A DNA stretch of 64,000 nt from Octopus bimaculoides. Lineage: Eukaryota. Position 1 is the first letter of the stretch; each line of letters opens with the position of its first letter. The notes under the pieces were generated by a model. It saw nothing but the letters and a program-made list of their open reading frames with translations. It had not been told where the DNA came from and ran no database searches. A program made the translations under genes and the position numbers. Below, piece by piece: positions 11,286 to 24,570 of the stretch. The DNA lies in contig NC_068983.1 in the NCBI RefSeq assembly GCF_001194135.2, positions 112,275,906 to 112,339,905 of the forward strand, in the 5' to 3' direction.

Positions 11286-11654
11286 TATTAAGATAAAACA
11301 GATATTCAGTTAAGTTTCCCCCTTGAAACAAGAGGGAAAGAAAAATAAACAAATCTGCTAAATGCAGAAAACAAAAGTGTTTTCAAAGAAACACACAAAA
11401 ACAGAAGAGTTCCACAAAAACAATTCAACAATGGTGTAAAGAATTCAACAACAGTAGTAAAAACATATCCGACAACTCTGATAGCCGTTTTCAAACTGAA
11501 AAATGTATGTTTTACTGGTTGCTTAACTATCAAAAAATTTTTTCTTACAAGTATACATACAAAAAGATACACAGAAAAGAGAAAAGTATATTACAAATAT
11601 TAAAAAATATAGAAAATAAAATTAAAAAAAAATAATATCTATTTTCTCGTGTCC

Positions 11655-11690
11655 CTTTCTGTTGAAGAGCGTAGCCTCGAAACATAAAAG
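11655..11690 (+). ncRNA. Hammerhead-like motif with variant core CUGUUGA (HHR5)
   Basis: CUUU CUGUUGA A GAG CGUAGC CUC GAAA CA U A AAAG; same repeat family as 26997-27033. Confidence 0.45.
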
Positions 11691-11782
11691 ACTTTCTCAC
11701 CTTCCCGAGCATTAAACTAATACACCTGTATATTGTTTACACACCTGTCTTTATCTTTTGTTTTCTTGTAAATTCCAACTAC

Positions 11783-11855
<73 letters not shown>

Positions 11856-11898
11856 CATGTATGTATGTATATATATATAAAGAATACAAACGCATGTG

Positions 11899-11949
11899 TG
11901 AAGAAGAAGAAGAAGAAGAAGAAGAAGAAGAAGAAGAAGAAGAAGAAGA
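11899..11949 (+). repeat. (GAA)n microsatellite, preceded by long (TA)n at about 11785-11880
   Basis: Visible directly in the sequence. Confidence 0.95.
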
Positions 11950-12109
11950 GCCATGCTTGGTGGTTCTTCTTCAAGCATGCTTGAAGAGATGGGGTAGCAT
12001 TAGAATTGGAATTGAACAGAGAATAGGGAAGGATTCCACTAGCTACTAGAAACTAATAATTAAGAAATGTATATTGTTGTGCATGAGCATGTTTGCTGTA
12101 TGTAATAGT

Positions 12110-12445
12110 AGAAGTGCATGCACTTAGAGCATCAGTGGTTAGAACATCAGGCTCAGAATCATGAGGTAGTGAGCTTGATTCCTAGACCAGGCTCTGTGTC
12201 GTGTTCTTGAGCAGGACACTTTATTTCACTCAGCTGTAGAAATGAGTGGTGATATCACTGGTGCCAAGCTGTATCGGCCTTTGACTTTCCTTTGGATAAC
12301 ATCAGTGGTGTGGAGAGGGGAGGCTAGTATGCATGGGTGACTGCTAGTCTTCCATAAACAACCTTGCTCCAACTTGTGCCTCGAAGGAGAGCTTCCTAGG
12401 GGCATCCCATGGTCTTTCATGACTGAAAGGGTTCTTTGCTCTTTT
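12110..12445 (+). mobile_element. SINE family C (diverged, internal deletion)
   Basis: cagtggttagaacatc...ttgattcc head, tcactcagctgtagaaatgag core. Confidence 0.7.
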
Positions 12446-13369
12446 TATGGATGGATGGATGGATGGATGGACAGACGGACGGACAGGTGTATGCATGCAT
12501 TATGCACAACACTGTCAATCAGAAGGATTGAGATAAATTATACATGTCAGAATACTTTTAACTGTGATAGTAAACTATAAGAATGTAAGCATATTGTTTT
12601 GATGTGCAAAAAAAGATGCAGAGTAGTCTCTTGTCAAAAATGGTTCTGGATTTGTCAGCTATTTGCTAGAGATGACATACCCAAACTTTGTCACAGGCTG
12701 ATAACACAGAATATTTAGCAGCTATATAAGAACTTATTGCAGAATAAAGATGGATAACATACATAAATATATACATATAAGTAGCAGCTTTCCTCAGTTT
12801 CTGTCTTTCAAATTCTCCTTACAAGCTGTTGGTCAACTCAATGCAACTGTAGAAAATACTTGCCCAAGATGATGAACATTGAAATAAGTTTTGAAAGTTG
12901 TAAACTAAACTTCTTAACAGAATCATGTCAGCTGATATTTTCCACTGATTGTCACAGAATCTCATTTTCACATTCTATGAATATGTAATTTGTGTTTTAG
13001 CGCTTTTACAACTAATGTTCAATATGTAACTTGGAAAGGGTATTCTCAATAGACTAAATTATACTATCATGCTTAAATTACAACACTATTCATACATATA
13101 TATTAGAATAGTATAACAAAACAAGAAAACAGAAGTATTTTTGGTATTATCTATTTTCCGTTACACATGTTTGATTTGATAATAGGAATTACAAAGATTT
13201 ACATGTTAAATAGACATGTGAGGAATTTCCTATCAGAAATTTATCAGATAGAGGAAAAATCTTTTATAACACAAAAAATACATTTGGATGAGCAACAAAT
13301 GTGGATAAATATTGATTGTAATAAGGGAATAAGCATATGTGATTCGAAAGGAAATAGCTAGGATTTACG

Positions 13370-13925
13370 CTGTGCTGATCTCTCAGAGTAGATGGAACAT
13401 ATGGAAGTGGGAGATCCAGGAAGACATGGGGCAAAGTACTGAAGAACAACCTCAGGATGCTGAACCTTTGAGGTGAGATGACCAAGATGTCTGACAACTT
13501 GCTGTACTCAAGAATGCCCATGGTCCACAGCAGAAGTGTTAAGGCCAGTTCCCCTGGTGGAGAGGATTGACCTGCAAGAGTCCTGTGCAGGTGCCATGTA
13601 AAAACCATTCATGCTGGTGCTGTGTAAAAGCACCCATGCGGTACTGTGTAAAAGCACCTATGTGGTGTTACATAAAAGTGCCTGTGTGGTGCCATGTAAA
13701 AGCACCTGTGCTGTGCCACATAAAAGCACCCATGCAGTGTCATGTAAAAGTACTCAACACACTCTGTAAAGTGGTTGGTTTTAGGAAGGGCATCCGACCA
13801 TAGAAACCATGTCAAATCAGACTTGAATCAGGTGCAGCTCTCCACCTTGCCAACTCTGGTAAAACCATCCAACCCATCCATGCCAGCAGGGACAACAGAC
13901 GTTAAATAATGATGATGATAATGAT
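13370..13925 (+). mobile_element. RTE LINE 3' end (ORF2 C-terminus, 3' UTR with tandem hairpin array, (GAT)n tail)
   Basis: RVDGTYGSGRSRKTWGKVLKNNL matches GRSRSKKTWDEVVKHDL at 33.5 kb; 24-bp array 13590-13754; tail aacccatgccagca...gttaaataatgatgat. Confidence 0.75.
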
Positions 13926-13954
13926 CAGGCGTTAAATAATAATCATGATAATGA

Positions 13955-14377
13955 GGCGTAGGAGTGGCTGTGTGGTAAGTAGCTTGCTTACCAACCACAT
14001 GGTTCCAGGTTCAGTTCCACTGCGTGACACCTTCGGCAAGTGTCTTCTACTATAGCCTCGGGCCGACCAAAGCCTTCTGAGTGGATTTGGTAGACGGAAA
14101 CTGAAAGAAGCCCATTGTATATATATATATATGTGTGTGTATATATAGATGTATGTGTGTATGTGTTTGTGTATCTGTGTTTGTCCCCCCCAACATCGCT
14201 TGACAACCGATGCTGGTGTGTTTATGTCCCCGTAACTTAGCGGTTTGGACAAAAAAGACCGATAGAATAAGTACTAGGCTTCCAAAGAATAAGTCCTGGG
14301 GTCGATTTGCTCGACTAAAGGCGGTGCTCCGGCATGGCCACAGTCAAAAGACTGAAACAAGTAAAAGAGTAGAGAGT
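13955..14377 (+). mobile_element. SINE family B, full length
   Basis: ggcgtaggagtggctgtgtggtaag head with GGTTCAGTTCC B box; tail gaaacaagtaaaagagt. Confidence 0.9.
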
Positions 14378-16529
14378 ATGATGATGAAGATGATGATGGG
14401 TGAAGCATTGTCTCATATATATATACATATATATATTTGATTAAAGATTTGTAAAGTCAAAACAATGCAGACCATACCAGCATGTGTTCAGGTAGAAGAT
14501 GTTGACAGTGATAATGATGCTGGTAAATTAGCCATTGGTGATAAAGCTTTTATATACAAAGATTGGAGATAAGCCTCATCAACTACAAGCCGATGAGTTA
14601 GCCTTTATGTAGCTGCTCACATTGCAAGAAATAGCTGCAAACTCTAATGGATACAATGGACTATGCATTTGTAAGTATGTTATGCCTGTATAAAAAAAGA
14701 GGATGGTCACTGAATGTCCAGAGTTAAAAAGCAACTACATCAACTAAGTGAGTAAACTGTCATTGTTATCCAATTAGGTGTTTTTAGCATCTTAGCAACA
14801 ATTTTCAGTTTTTCCTATCTTCATAATCTTTATATCCATAATAGAGTAAAGGATATGCATGTCCCAATCGCTTTTTTTTCAATGTCACTAAGAAACCTAA
14901 TCCCTTTGGGCACACTTTTACTCACTGATAAAATAAAGTAACAAAATAAAACAATTGATTTCAATACATGTTACTACTGCTTCCAACTCATGCTTGAATA
15001 TTTAGTGTTAAGAAGGCCATTCACTGTTGATAACTATACAAACAAATACCAGAATTATCCAGAACACATTTCATTTTGAAGAAAACATGGCTGTAAAAAA
15101 TTTCCAATAAAAACTTGTAATTTGGAATTAGAGTTATTTCTGCTAATACCATATCTGTCAGTTTAAAGCTGGCATGTTTACAGGGGAAAATATTTAAAAG
15201 TGACAAGCAAGAAGCCCTTTTCATAAGAATTATACTTGAAGGCACCAAAGAAATTTTTTGAAATAAATTCACCAAAAATAAGACAAACAAAATAACATTG
15301 ATGAAAAAAATGCCTTTAGAATTGTCAACATTTTTTATGTCGACTCCTTGTTGCTAGCAATAACTAAATTCTAAACTGAATATCATTCTACATATTGCTG
15401 TAGGATTATATTTTCTGTGTGGACCATATCTTGTTGGTATTGGAATTATTCATGCTCGGAATAAAACTAGATTAACATGAAGAAAGTGTCCTGATAATTG
15501 TAGTTATTATCTTGCTGTGTCAAGCGAATATGATAATATAAAGTTAAATACTTAATGCATGCAGAAATACAATATCTTATCGTTCAGTAACACACAGCAT
15601 TAGTCAGACAGAAATTACTAAAATATGCAGTTAAGAGTAACACTAAGAGATTTATGTGACTAAATACATTACTAATTGCATCACACATAGATTAAATTTT
15701 TACAATGCATTGGCATAAGGTAACAAATATAGAGGAGAGACTTGTCTAGTCCCAGTTCAAATCTAATCTAAGAGATCCATGGTCATAAAGGCATAACAAT
15801 CCCAAGAAGTTCTTAAAACTTTACTAGATTTGTCTTTATCCATTAATGTCACTAGCTTTTATCCTGGTTAAGTGGATGGCTTAATTGTAAAATCTATAAA
15901 TTAAAAAATAAAAGAGAGAGATTGGCTCATAGTTATTTTACTTTAGAGCTAAGAAGCAATAATATGAGTTTCTAGTTAAACATTGACTCCTGTAAATTAA
16001 ATTGCAGCAGACATAAAGTTAAGTTTGTGAGCATAAGTAGGCCACAAAATCAAGAGTTCAACTCTTTCATAATTAAGCTGTTGTGTTAAAGACTTGATAA
16101 AAAGGACTGAACTGTATTTGTTCAAGCTAGTGTCAATAAACTAGGTAATTAGTACTCAGAAGGGGTTCCAGCTGCAAACACAAGTGCTGCAACATTGTGT
16201 GAAGTGTCTGTTGTAGTAAAAGAAAAAATGGCAGCAAGAAAATAATGGATGCAAATGAACTACAGAAAATAACATATGAAATGATTGAACAATTTTCTCT
16301 AAATGTACATGATAATTTGAATAAGATGGATATAAAAAAACCAATTAAAAATAAACAGAATTTTGATCAAATACATCAATTTCTGTTAATTTAGTGCTGC
16401 TATTTCTATTGCTACTTTCTAGAAGTTGTTGATAGCTTCTGTAATCTATGTGACTTAATTAAGAGCGAAGCATAATAGCCAAAGTAAGAATAGAGTGGGG
16501 AAAAATTCAGGTAGATATTACTTTTGCTG

Positions 16530-17290
16530 ACAGCCAAAGGATTCTATTTCTTCTATTTCTCGGTGAAGATAGCATGTATAATAGTTGCACATGAAATACA
16601 AGTTGTATATTAGCGAAACATAAATACTGAATGCACAGGATGTGCAACAATTGGAAAGAAATGAAGCAAGTATGCTCCACTGCATGTGTAATGTTAACAA
16701 GGGTGAAAGACAAGGCAAAAATGTGTTGAGATAAAACCTGAGTATAAAAAGAATTGAATATAATGTGCAAAATAGAAGATTGTGTTGGTAGAGACATGGA
16801 TACATATGGAGGATGAGAGATGAGTAAAGATGTGGTGAGTGATTCAATTTAAAGGAGCTGGCAAAAGAGAATGACCAAGGGGGAGATGGGAAGAAGTGAA
16901 GAAGGCTGATCTCATAAGGCTGAACAGCATAAAGGAGATGACAAAAAGCCAGCACCCATTGAACCCACTTAAATTTCAAAGAGCAGATGTAAGAGGATGG
17001 TGATGATGATGAAGTAGAATATATATATATATATGTGTGTATTAACACTGGTGCTGGTGATACATAAAAAGCACTGGTGCTGGTGGCACATAAATAGCAT
17101 TGGTGCTGGGACCGTGTAAAAAGCACCCAATACGCTCTGTAAAGTGGATGGCTTTAAGAAGGGCATCCAGCCATAAGAACCATTCCAAAACTGAGAATGG
17201 AGCCTGGTGCAGCTCCCAACCTTACCAGCTCCAGTCAAACCATCCAACCCATGCCAGTGTAGAAAACAAATATTAAATGATGATGATGAT
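16530..17290 (+). mobile_element. Decayed RTE LINE 3' fragment
   Basis: LNAQDVQQLERNEASMLHCMCNV matches the RTE C-terminus seen at 32.7 kb; 26-bp ggtg..aaaagca units at 17048-17128; (GAT)n tail. Confidence 0.65.
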
Positions 17291-17999
17291 ATTAGATAAG
17301 TACATATATATAAATATACATACATATGAACACATTTATATCCATGCATACATGTAGATGTACATATGCATACATAAACTCAAAAAGGTAAAAATACATC
17401 TTGCTTGATGCTGCTGGGACAATTTATTGTATTTTTAACAGAGCAAGCTCATAAGAAATATTATCCCAAGACAAATATTGTAGTAACTACCCTGTTGACA
17501 GTGTGTGTATGTCAAAGATGATACATACAATGCTATTTTCATTAAATTCTGCCTCCTTTACATATACCAGATTATCAGTTAACCAGATCACTATTTGAAA
17601 CATCAGTGATTGTTTTGTTCACTTTTTCCTATATCTGAGAGAATGAATTCCCATAGGAGCCTGTTGCTGCTGCAAGTATGCAAATTTCAAAAGTCCCAAA
17701 AAGGCCAGAATGCATTTGGTACTGTTGTTTGACTGTTGCTTGGATGAATTTTCATCTCACACTGATGTTTATTGTGTTTTTAACATAGCATGCACATAAG
17801 TGATAGTATCCAAGGATGCTATCTGCTCTAACTGGCTTATGAACAGGGTGTGTACATTAAGTTTGATACACAGACAGAAAGACTGAGAGAGAGAGAAATG
17901 TGAGAAAGCAAGAGGAAGGGTGGTGATTTTTGGTTTGTGTTGATAAGTTAAAGTATGAAGGAAGGTGTATTGTTAGCAGAGGCTGAAAGCGGAGAAACT

Positions 18000-18135
18000 A
18001 ACATCCAGTTGTAGAAAGCTGACAATGAAGCTCAGTGCAGCTCTGCAGCTTGCCACATCTCATCAAACCATCTAACCCATGCCAGCATGGAAAAAAAGGG
18101 ACTTTAAATGAGATGACGATGATGATGATGATGAC
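18000..18135 (-). mobile_element. RTE-type 3' tail fragment with (GAT)n
   Basis: aacccatgccagcatggaaaa...gatgacgatgatg tail sequence shared with 13860-13920 and 34070-34120 (sequence reads on +; orientation call tentative). Confidence 0.45.
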
Positions 18136-18428
18136 GACGACAATGACAATGACAATCAGAGAAACTGGGTGATGTGTTTGCAAATCTTCCATGATAATAT
18201 GAATGGTCACTGTGCTGTACTGTTAATATTGAAAGCACAACAGGAATTATTATGTTGCTTAGAAAAAGAGGACAATGGGTGACAGGAAGAGCATCATCTG
18301 GCTGTAGAAAATCTGTCTTAGCAAATTTTGTTCGACCCATCCGAGTATGGAAAAGTAGATGTTAAAATGATGATGATGATGATGATACATATACTCACAC
18401 ACATGCACACTCCCATATATGTCATATG

Positions 18429-18475
<47 letters not shown>

Positions 18476-19207
18476 ACATGTATGTATGTACATATATGTA
18501 TGTCTGCAAGTATATTATGTATATATGCATGTGTAGATGTGTTTGTATTTGAGGATATACTCTATTGCATACTTATCCGATATAATAATCCTATCATCTA
18601 GTAGTTTTAGTTAAGTATTGCATAAAATATAATGCACTTTCTCATTGTCAAAATACAAGAATTATTTTCCTTTAGCATAAATTATTACCATACTTTCTGC
18701 TAGACAATATAATGCAGTATTGCCAGATGATAAATAGTTATTGTTTAATTTTAATTTATTCCATGCAAAAGCTTTTTGCCATAATGTAATTTTTTCTTGA
18801 ACTTCTGAAATAGTTTATTTATTCTGTTTCTGATGTTTTATTTAATGTTAATGTTATTGTGAGAGTAGAGCTAATTATTGATGAATGTGACTGTAGCATT
18901 AATATAACTACTGGAGTAAGTGTGTCTATGGAGTTATGACTTATGTTGGCCATGAAGTTATTTTTTTATCCATAGAAAAAAGTGACAGTATAAAGCATAA
19001 ATGGATAAAGAGAGGTGCATAGACATTTAATACAGTGGATTTTGGGGAGCTGAAGAGAAATAAATTGTGTTTGAACAAATGGTTGTGTAATGTTAACTTA
19101 CATAAAGCACAGATTAATACTGAATTGTAAGGCATAGTGTATTTAAATGTATTAGCTTATATAAGCAGGAGAAATTGCTGTAGTTACATTGATATATGAT
19201 TGAAATA

Positions 19208-19857
19208 CAATTGGGTACCCAAAAGTAACTAGAAACATTCTCTGTGAGTCCAGCTTGTCGTAGTTCAGGCTTCCACTGCTAGAATCCACTTGATGCAACC
19301 CTCAGGCATAAGTATGCTGACCGGCAGGGTCGAGTGCAATCCAACTGTCAAGTGGGGCATCCTTGGTTTGCAGTACTTCTCCTCCCTTCATTAATTTTGC
19401 GATGGCTGAGATGAAGGAACAGTGTGCTTCCATGAAATTCCGTTTTCTGGTGGGGAAAACAGCAGACAAAACAGTTGTCATGCTTCTAACAGATTACAAG
19501 GACACTGCTACGAGCAGAACACAAGTTTGCAAGTGGTTTTCACTCTTTAAGAATGGCCACTTCTCACTTGAAGACCAACTTCGTTCAGGGCGTCTGTCAA
19601 CCTCCTGAATGAATGAAAATATCATAAAAATTCATGAATTGACCTTGGAGGACCATCACTTAACAATTCACAAACTTGTTGATATGACTGGTGTGTCCTG
19701 GAGCTCATGCCAACGAATTCTGAATGTGAAAGTGCAAATAATAAGAGTTGCAGAAAAAATTGTGCCTTGCTTTCTCACAGATGATCAAAAGGCATCACAA
19801 CTGAATGCATGTCGTGAACTGTAAGAACAGATGGAAATTGATCAGGTCTCTTTTTCA
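19208..19857 (+). mobile_element. Mariner transposon, left TIR and N-terminal transposase half
   Basis: TA at 19206-19207 then TIR caattgggtacccaaaagtaactagaa; MAEMKEQCASMKF...QVCKWFSLFKNG..LEDQLRSGRLSTS*...GVSWSSCQRIL...KIVPCFLTDDQK; ends at a 10-N gap. Confidence 0.9.
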
Positions 19858-19867
19858 NNNNNNNNNN

Positions 19868-19902
<35 letters not shown>

Positions 19903-19944
19903 AAATATATGTATAAAATGAAAAAGAGACGAGAAGTGTGTGTA

Positions 19945-20066
19945 ACTTCCTGTTTTGACACCACACTTCCTACTTAACACATAAACTTTCAAAACCCACA
20001 GAATTGTCTTCCCTTACACACACTTCCTGTTTTGACACCACACTTCCTACTTAACACATAAACTTT
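19945..20066 (+). repeat. 45-bp perfect direct repeat, two copies, period 77
   Basis: acttcctgttttgacaccacacttcctacttaacacataaacttt at 19945-19989 and 20022-20066. Confidence 0.9.
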
Positions 20067-21919
20067 TAGCCCCTTTTTTGTAAACACAACTTTTAATTCC
20101 ATGCATCCTAATCTTTCTAACAATTATCTACATGGATTACCATTGAACTTTAAAAGCTCAAAGACAATATAATGTATTGGTATATTTATTTTTTTATATA
20201 TTATTTTTTTATATATATAATTTTTTAATTTTTTTGCAAAAAACATTTTCATTCTTAATAATTTGCCCTGCAATGAAAGCCGGTTAGAAATCCTTTTTAA
20301 AATCCTTTGTAATCCTCCTTATACATTTTTGTGACAACTGATACACACACACACATCTAAATACAGAGACAGACACACACACAGGAACAGACATAGGCTT
20401 CAGGTATGCGTCAATGTATGTGTGTGCGTGTGAGACTTAGTTTATGTATATAACTTCCCACCCTTAACAGTGAAACGTGCCAATATAGAAAGTTTACTCG
20501 TGGTCTGGACTTCAAACAAACAGCAACATTCACTTTCAAGTACTACCAATACGAAGATTTGGATGATTGAACAGTGCTTTTAATACTCACAAATATATCT
20601 GAAAAAAAAAAAGAATGTTATTCTGGTTATTATAACAAATTCAGAAACTTGGTGAAGTAGAAAGCCTCAGCTGCTCTTTCAATATAATTACAGAAATGTT
20701 CTTCCACTCCTTCTAACCAGTTTCAAGATAATATTTTTATAACAGTTCTTGTATTCTTTATCACTGTGAGTATCAACATAGAACAACTTTTTTACTGTGT
20801 TACTCAGTATTTATTCTACAGTCTATAACATTACACAGTTCAAAAATATATAGTAATGTCAAATTAATTTATATCTTGCTACATACATCCTTCAGCAAAT
20901 ATTTTAAATTAATGTTCACAACAACAGCATCTTCCTTTTTATGCACTTGGTTCAGCATTCGTTTCAAAATTGTAAAATAAATTATTTTTGTATAAAAAAT
21001 TGAATTATGAGCTTTTTGAATTTTCTTGGACTTTCACTTTCTTCACCATAACATTTCATTCAATTATGAATTTTATAACATTTAGTACATGTTCCAAATA
21101 AATGTTGACTTTCTGTACTTTATTACATTGGTGACACATACTTTTGTTAAATTGATGACTTTCCATTTTTTATAGTATTACTATGCTACAGAAAGTATGT
21201 TTTGCACCTATATTGACTACATTTCGTTTCACTTGAACTTTGTGTGTGTACGTTTTGCTATTCTCAATATTATCAATTCTATGTGAGTGTGTGTGCGTGT
21301 GTTTCTGCATTTGTTATGTCTATAGTAAACTACAGTAAAGAACATTTTACGCTGTTTTAATGAGCCTACATTTACTTAATGAAGTAGCCATCCTTACTGT
21401 TGGTGATCCCTTTGAAAATCGCGATATTCTCATTCGTAAATAGAAATATTACATTTCTAAATCTCTCAGAGAAATTTATACTGTAGCAGTGCGATATCGT
21501 GATGATGAGCAATGACTCTGAAACTAGTCTCTGGATACTGGCTTTGCTGGGTGGAGGTGTTTATCTCCCCTTTGAAAACATAAGGACACAGAATATGTGT
21601 CATAGCCAACTGGAAATGGTGTTTCCTAGGGCTAAATAGCAGTAGCATTCTTCCCTTTCATGGGACTGCCACATTAAGTTGGTAACATACCATCACTTTA
21701 TTCTCATTCATGTTCAATATAACAACCATAAACGTGTTTCACAGACTCATCTCTCTTATGATGCTCTCCAGTATACTCTTATTCTGTGGAATGGACAAGA
21801 GGGGTATTGTTTCAATATAACTCAGATTGAACCTGAAACAGGATAGCCAATTACAAACAAAAGGGTGTCATCAAATGATTTCTATTCTTACCGGCTGATG
21901 CTAAGACCAGAACAATCTA

Positions 21920-22140
21920 ATCCTTTCTACTATAGGCACAAGGCCTAAAATTTCAGGGGAGGTGACCAGCTGATTACATCAACTCCAGTGTCTCACTGGT
22001 ACTTAATTTATCAACCCCGAAAGGATGAAAGGCAAAGTTGACCACAGCGGCATTTGAACTCAGAACATAAAGACAGGCGAAATACCACCATCAAGTATTA
22101 AGCCTGGCATACTAACGATTCCACCAGCTCACTGCCTTCC
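21920..22140 (-). mobile_element. SINE family F
   Basis: ggcacaaggcc...ctggtacttaatttatcaaccccgaaaggatgaaaggcaaagttgacc...atttgaactcagaac, shared with 47.4-49.4, 58.6 and 63.4 kb copies. Confidence 0.8.
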
Positions 22141-24519
22141 AGAAAAATCAAATCGGTTACACATGTCAAATAAACTTTATTTTCATTTACATATTTTCTA
22201 CGTTCTCTCAATTACCAGCTATAGTTATTTCAAATACACTTCTCTACATTAACTAGGTTTCAATAGAAAATGAAAGTAGTTTCCAACTTTCAATTTGAAC
22301 CAAAATTACAAAGTATTGCTTTACGATGTGTAAATAATGAAAGTAAAGTTTCTCTGAATTAGTCACATGTGTATTATAGTAAAGAAAGCTGATTATTATC
22401 TATCTACCAAATAAACTATGTTTTTGATTAAACTTTTTTTTGCAACTACAATAACCTCGGTAACTATGTTGGGTCGCACAATTTTGAAATCATTTTCAGA
22501 CAATATTTTGATTTGCTTCTAATGTATCACTTTCGTCCGATGTTTCACACATTCGTAGAATTTTATTCAGACAAACATTTATGAAAATGTACGCATAAAT
22601 ATGGTATGAAAATAAGCCACAACCAAAAACATTGCACTAAAAGACATGCATTTTTTATATGTTATGAGGAAATGCAGCCCCCCTCTCTCTTTCACATGCA
22701 CAGAAAAGATGTATGCATATGTATTTAGGGGCAAAGCTCAAGAATACGAGCTCCCAGTGTTTAGGTACCTCCGCCAATTTAAGTATATGTTTTTATGAAA
22801 GATAATGTGTGTGTGAGAGAGAGGGAGAAAGACAGACAGAGAGTGAGTGAGAGCCACTTGCACATACATGCAAAAAAATTCATATATCACAACACACACC
22901 TACACTCACTCTCTCTTTCTCTCTTTCTCACACACACGTCCATTTCATATACATGTACATCTTACACTTTCTCTTCTTTTACATTCTCCTCTCACTTCAA
23001 AGCAAATGTCAACTTTTAACTTTATCCTCCCTTTCAATTGCTGCTCTCTTTGAATCATATGGAAATTAAAACAAGTTTGCAGAAATTAACAAACAATCAT
23101 ATGATCTCATCTATGTCAAGTTGACAACTTTGCTTCTTCAAATGAAAAAATGGCATAAAATAACTTCCTTTGACAGACACATATATGCATACACACACTC
23201 TGTGTGAATTACGTGTAAATTTACAGCTCCAATCCAATTGAAATGATCTTTTCCTTTTGTGTAATTTATGGTTGTGATGAGCACATTTAGAATCCTGATC
23301 TTTGATATAAACTTAAAAGGAAGTTTTCCAGAAATCCTGTCCTTTACCACTTCTTTCTAGCATGTCCAAGGTGATACTTCCATTCCCCTACATTATTTTT
23401 TTTTCCTAAATTTCTTCCGGTTCCTATGTTTGTGATACAGGAGATTACGATTTCACCCTCAAACATGTTCTCAATATTTTAATTTTCTCCCTCTCCACAC
23501 CAAATAAATTTTTTACTTTTTCAAATTTTTATTCTTGGTAATCCATGGAAAAAAAAACAGAGAGTACAAATCTTTAAGAATTTTACCCATCACCTCACCA
23601 CTTTCAAGAAGCTACACACTCCCAATGTTTCACTTTTAACTTTTTGGAAAGCAGGGAAGTTTCTTCATAAATAATATCATTTACCTGTTGTTTCTAGCAT
23701 GTCAGGTTTTCTGGTGGTGGTCTGGTATTTTTTAAGTCTACTATTTCAGTAGAATTTTACGCATACTGGAAACGTCAGACAAAAGTGAAAGAGTGGTAGA
23801 TTTTAGCTTTTTGAAAGCTGGTAGATGATGGGTGNNNNNNNNNNNNNNNNNNNNNNNNNNNNNNNNNNNNNNNNNNNNNNNNNNNNNNNNNNNNNNNNNN
23901 NNNNNNNNGGAAAGGGCATTGTGTGTTTCTTTATAAAACTATAAAATATATATATATTTCCCAGATTCGTAGTCTCTGCATTTTCCTACATAGATAACAA
24001 AAAAAAAATTGTAAAAGTTACAAATTAAGAAATTGCAATGGGGATAGGGGGAAATTAAAACTTTGTAAACATGATTTCTGGACAAAATTGTATAGACCCC
24101 CTTTTATACGATGAAACAATACATAGTTTCTGATCCTTCTTAAGAACAGAAAGCACTTTCATTCAAACCCATGCAAATTGCACACTTGCCCTTCACTATT
24201 AAACAAAAAATAACTTCCGTTCTTCCATTAACTATATATCAGCTATGCCAATTCTGCTCATAAGAAAGAAGCAAATAATACAATGTACTTGTAGGTCATA
24301 ACACCTGGACAACACTGGGATGCATTGTTAGTACATAGCGTATCTTGTTTCGAAATGCAAGAGTAGAAAAACAGCCAACAAGTGATGAAGAGTCGTTCTT
24401 TACGTTGTCTGTCTTGTTTTCCATTTGTGTTTTTTGTTCGAAAAAATAGTTCATATTGCATGTACTTGTACTTCGTATTTTTTGTTGTACACGTATGATG
24501 ACATCCTGTGCCCACAAAT

Positions 24520-24570
<51 letters not shown>

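Noticed and set aside
11968-11987. Perfect 20-bp palindrome tcttcaagcatgcttgaaga
   Set aside because: Single short palindrome beside (GAA)n, probably part of a repeat end; no functional context.
13590-13754. CRISPR-like appearance of the 24-bp hairpin array
   Set aside because: No unique spacers, no cas genes, eukaryotic LINE 3' UTR context.
14480-14675. Plus-strand stretch ending in a perfect GTAAGT donor, with GDKAF/GDKPH zinc-finger-linker-like words
   Set aside because: Stops in all frames, no C2H2 ligands, weak acceptor.
21691-21783. 93-nt minus segment between a good acceptor and GTATGT
   Set aside because: Stops in all three frames (best NKSILESIIREMSL*); cannot join the cyclase exon phase. 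No support without RNA data.
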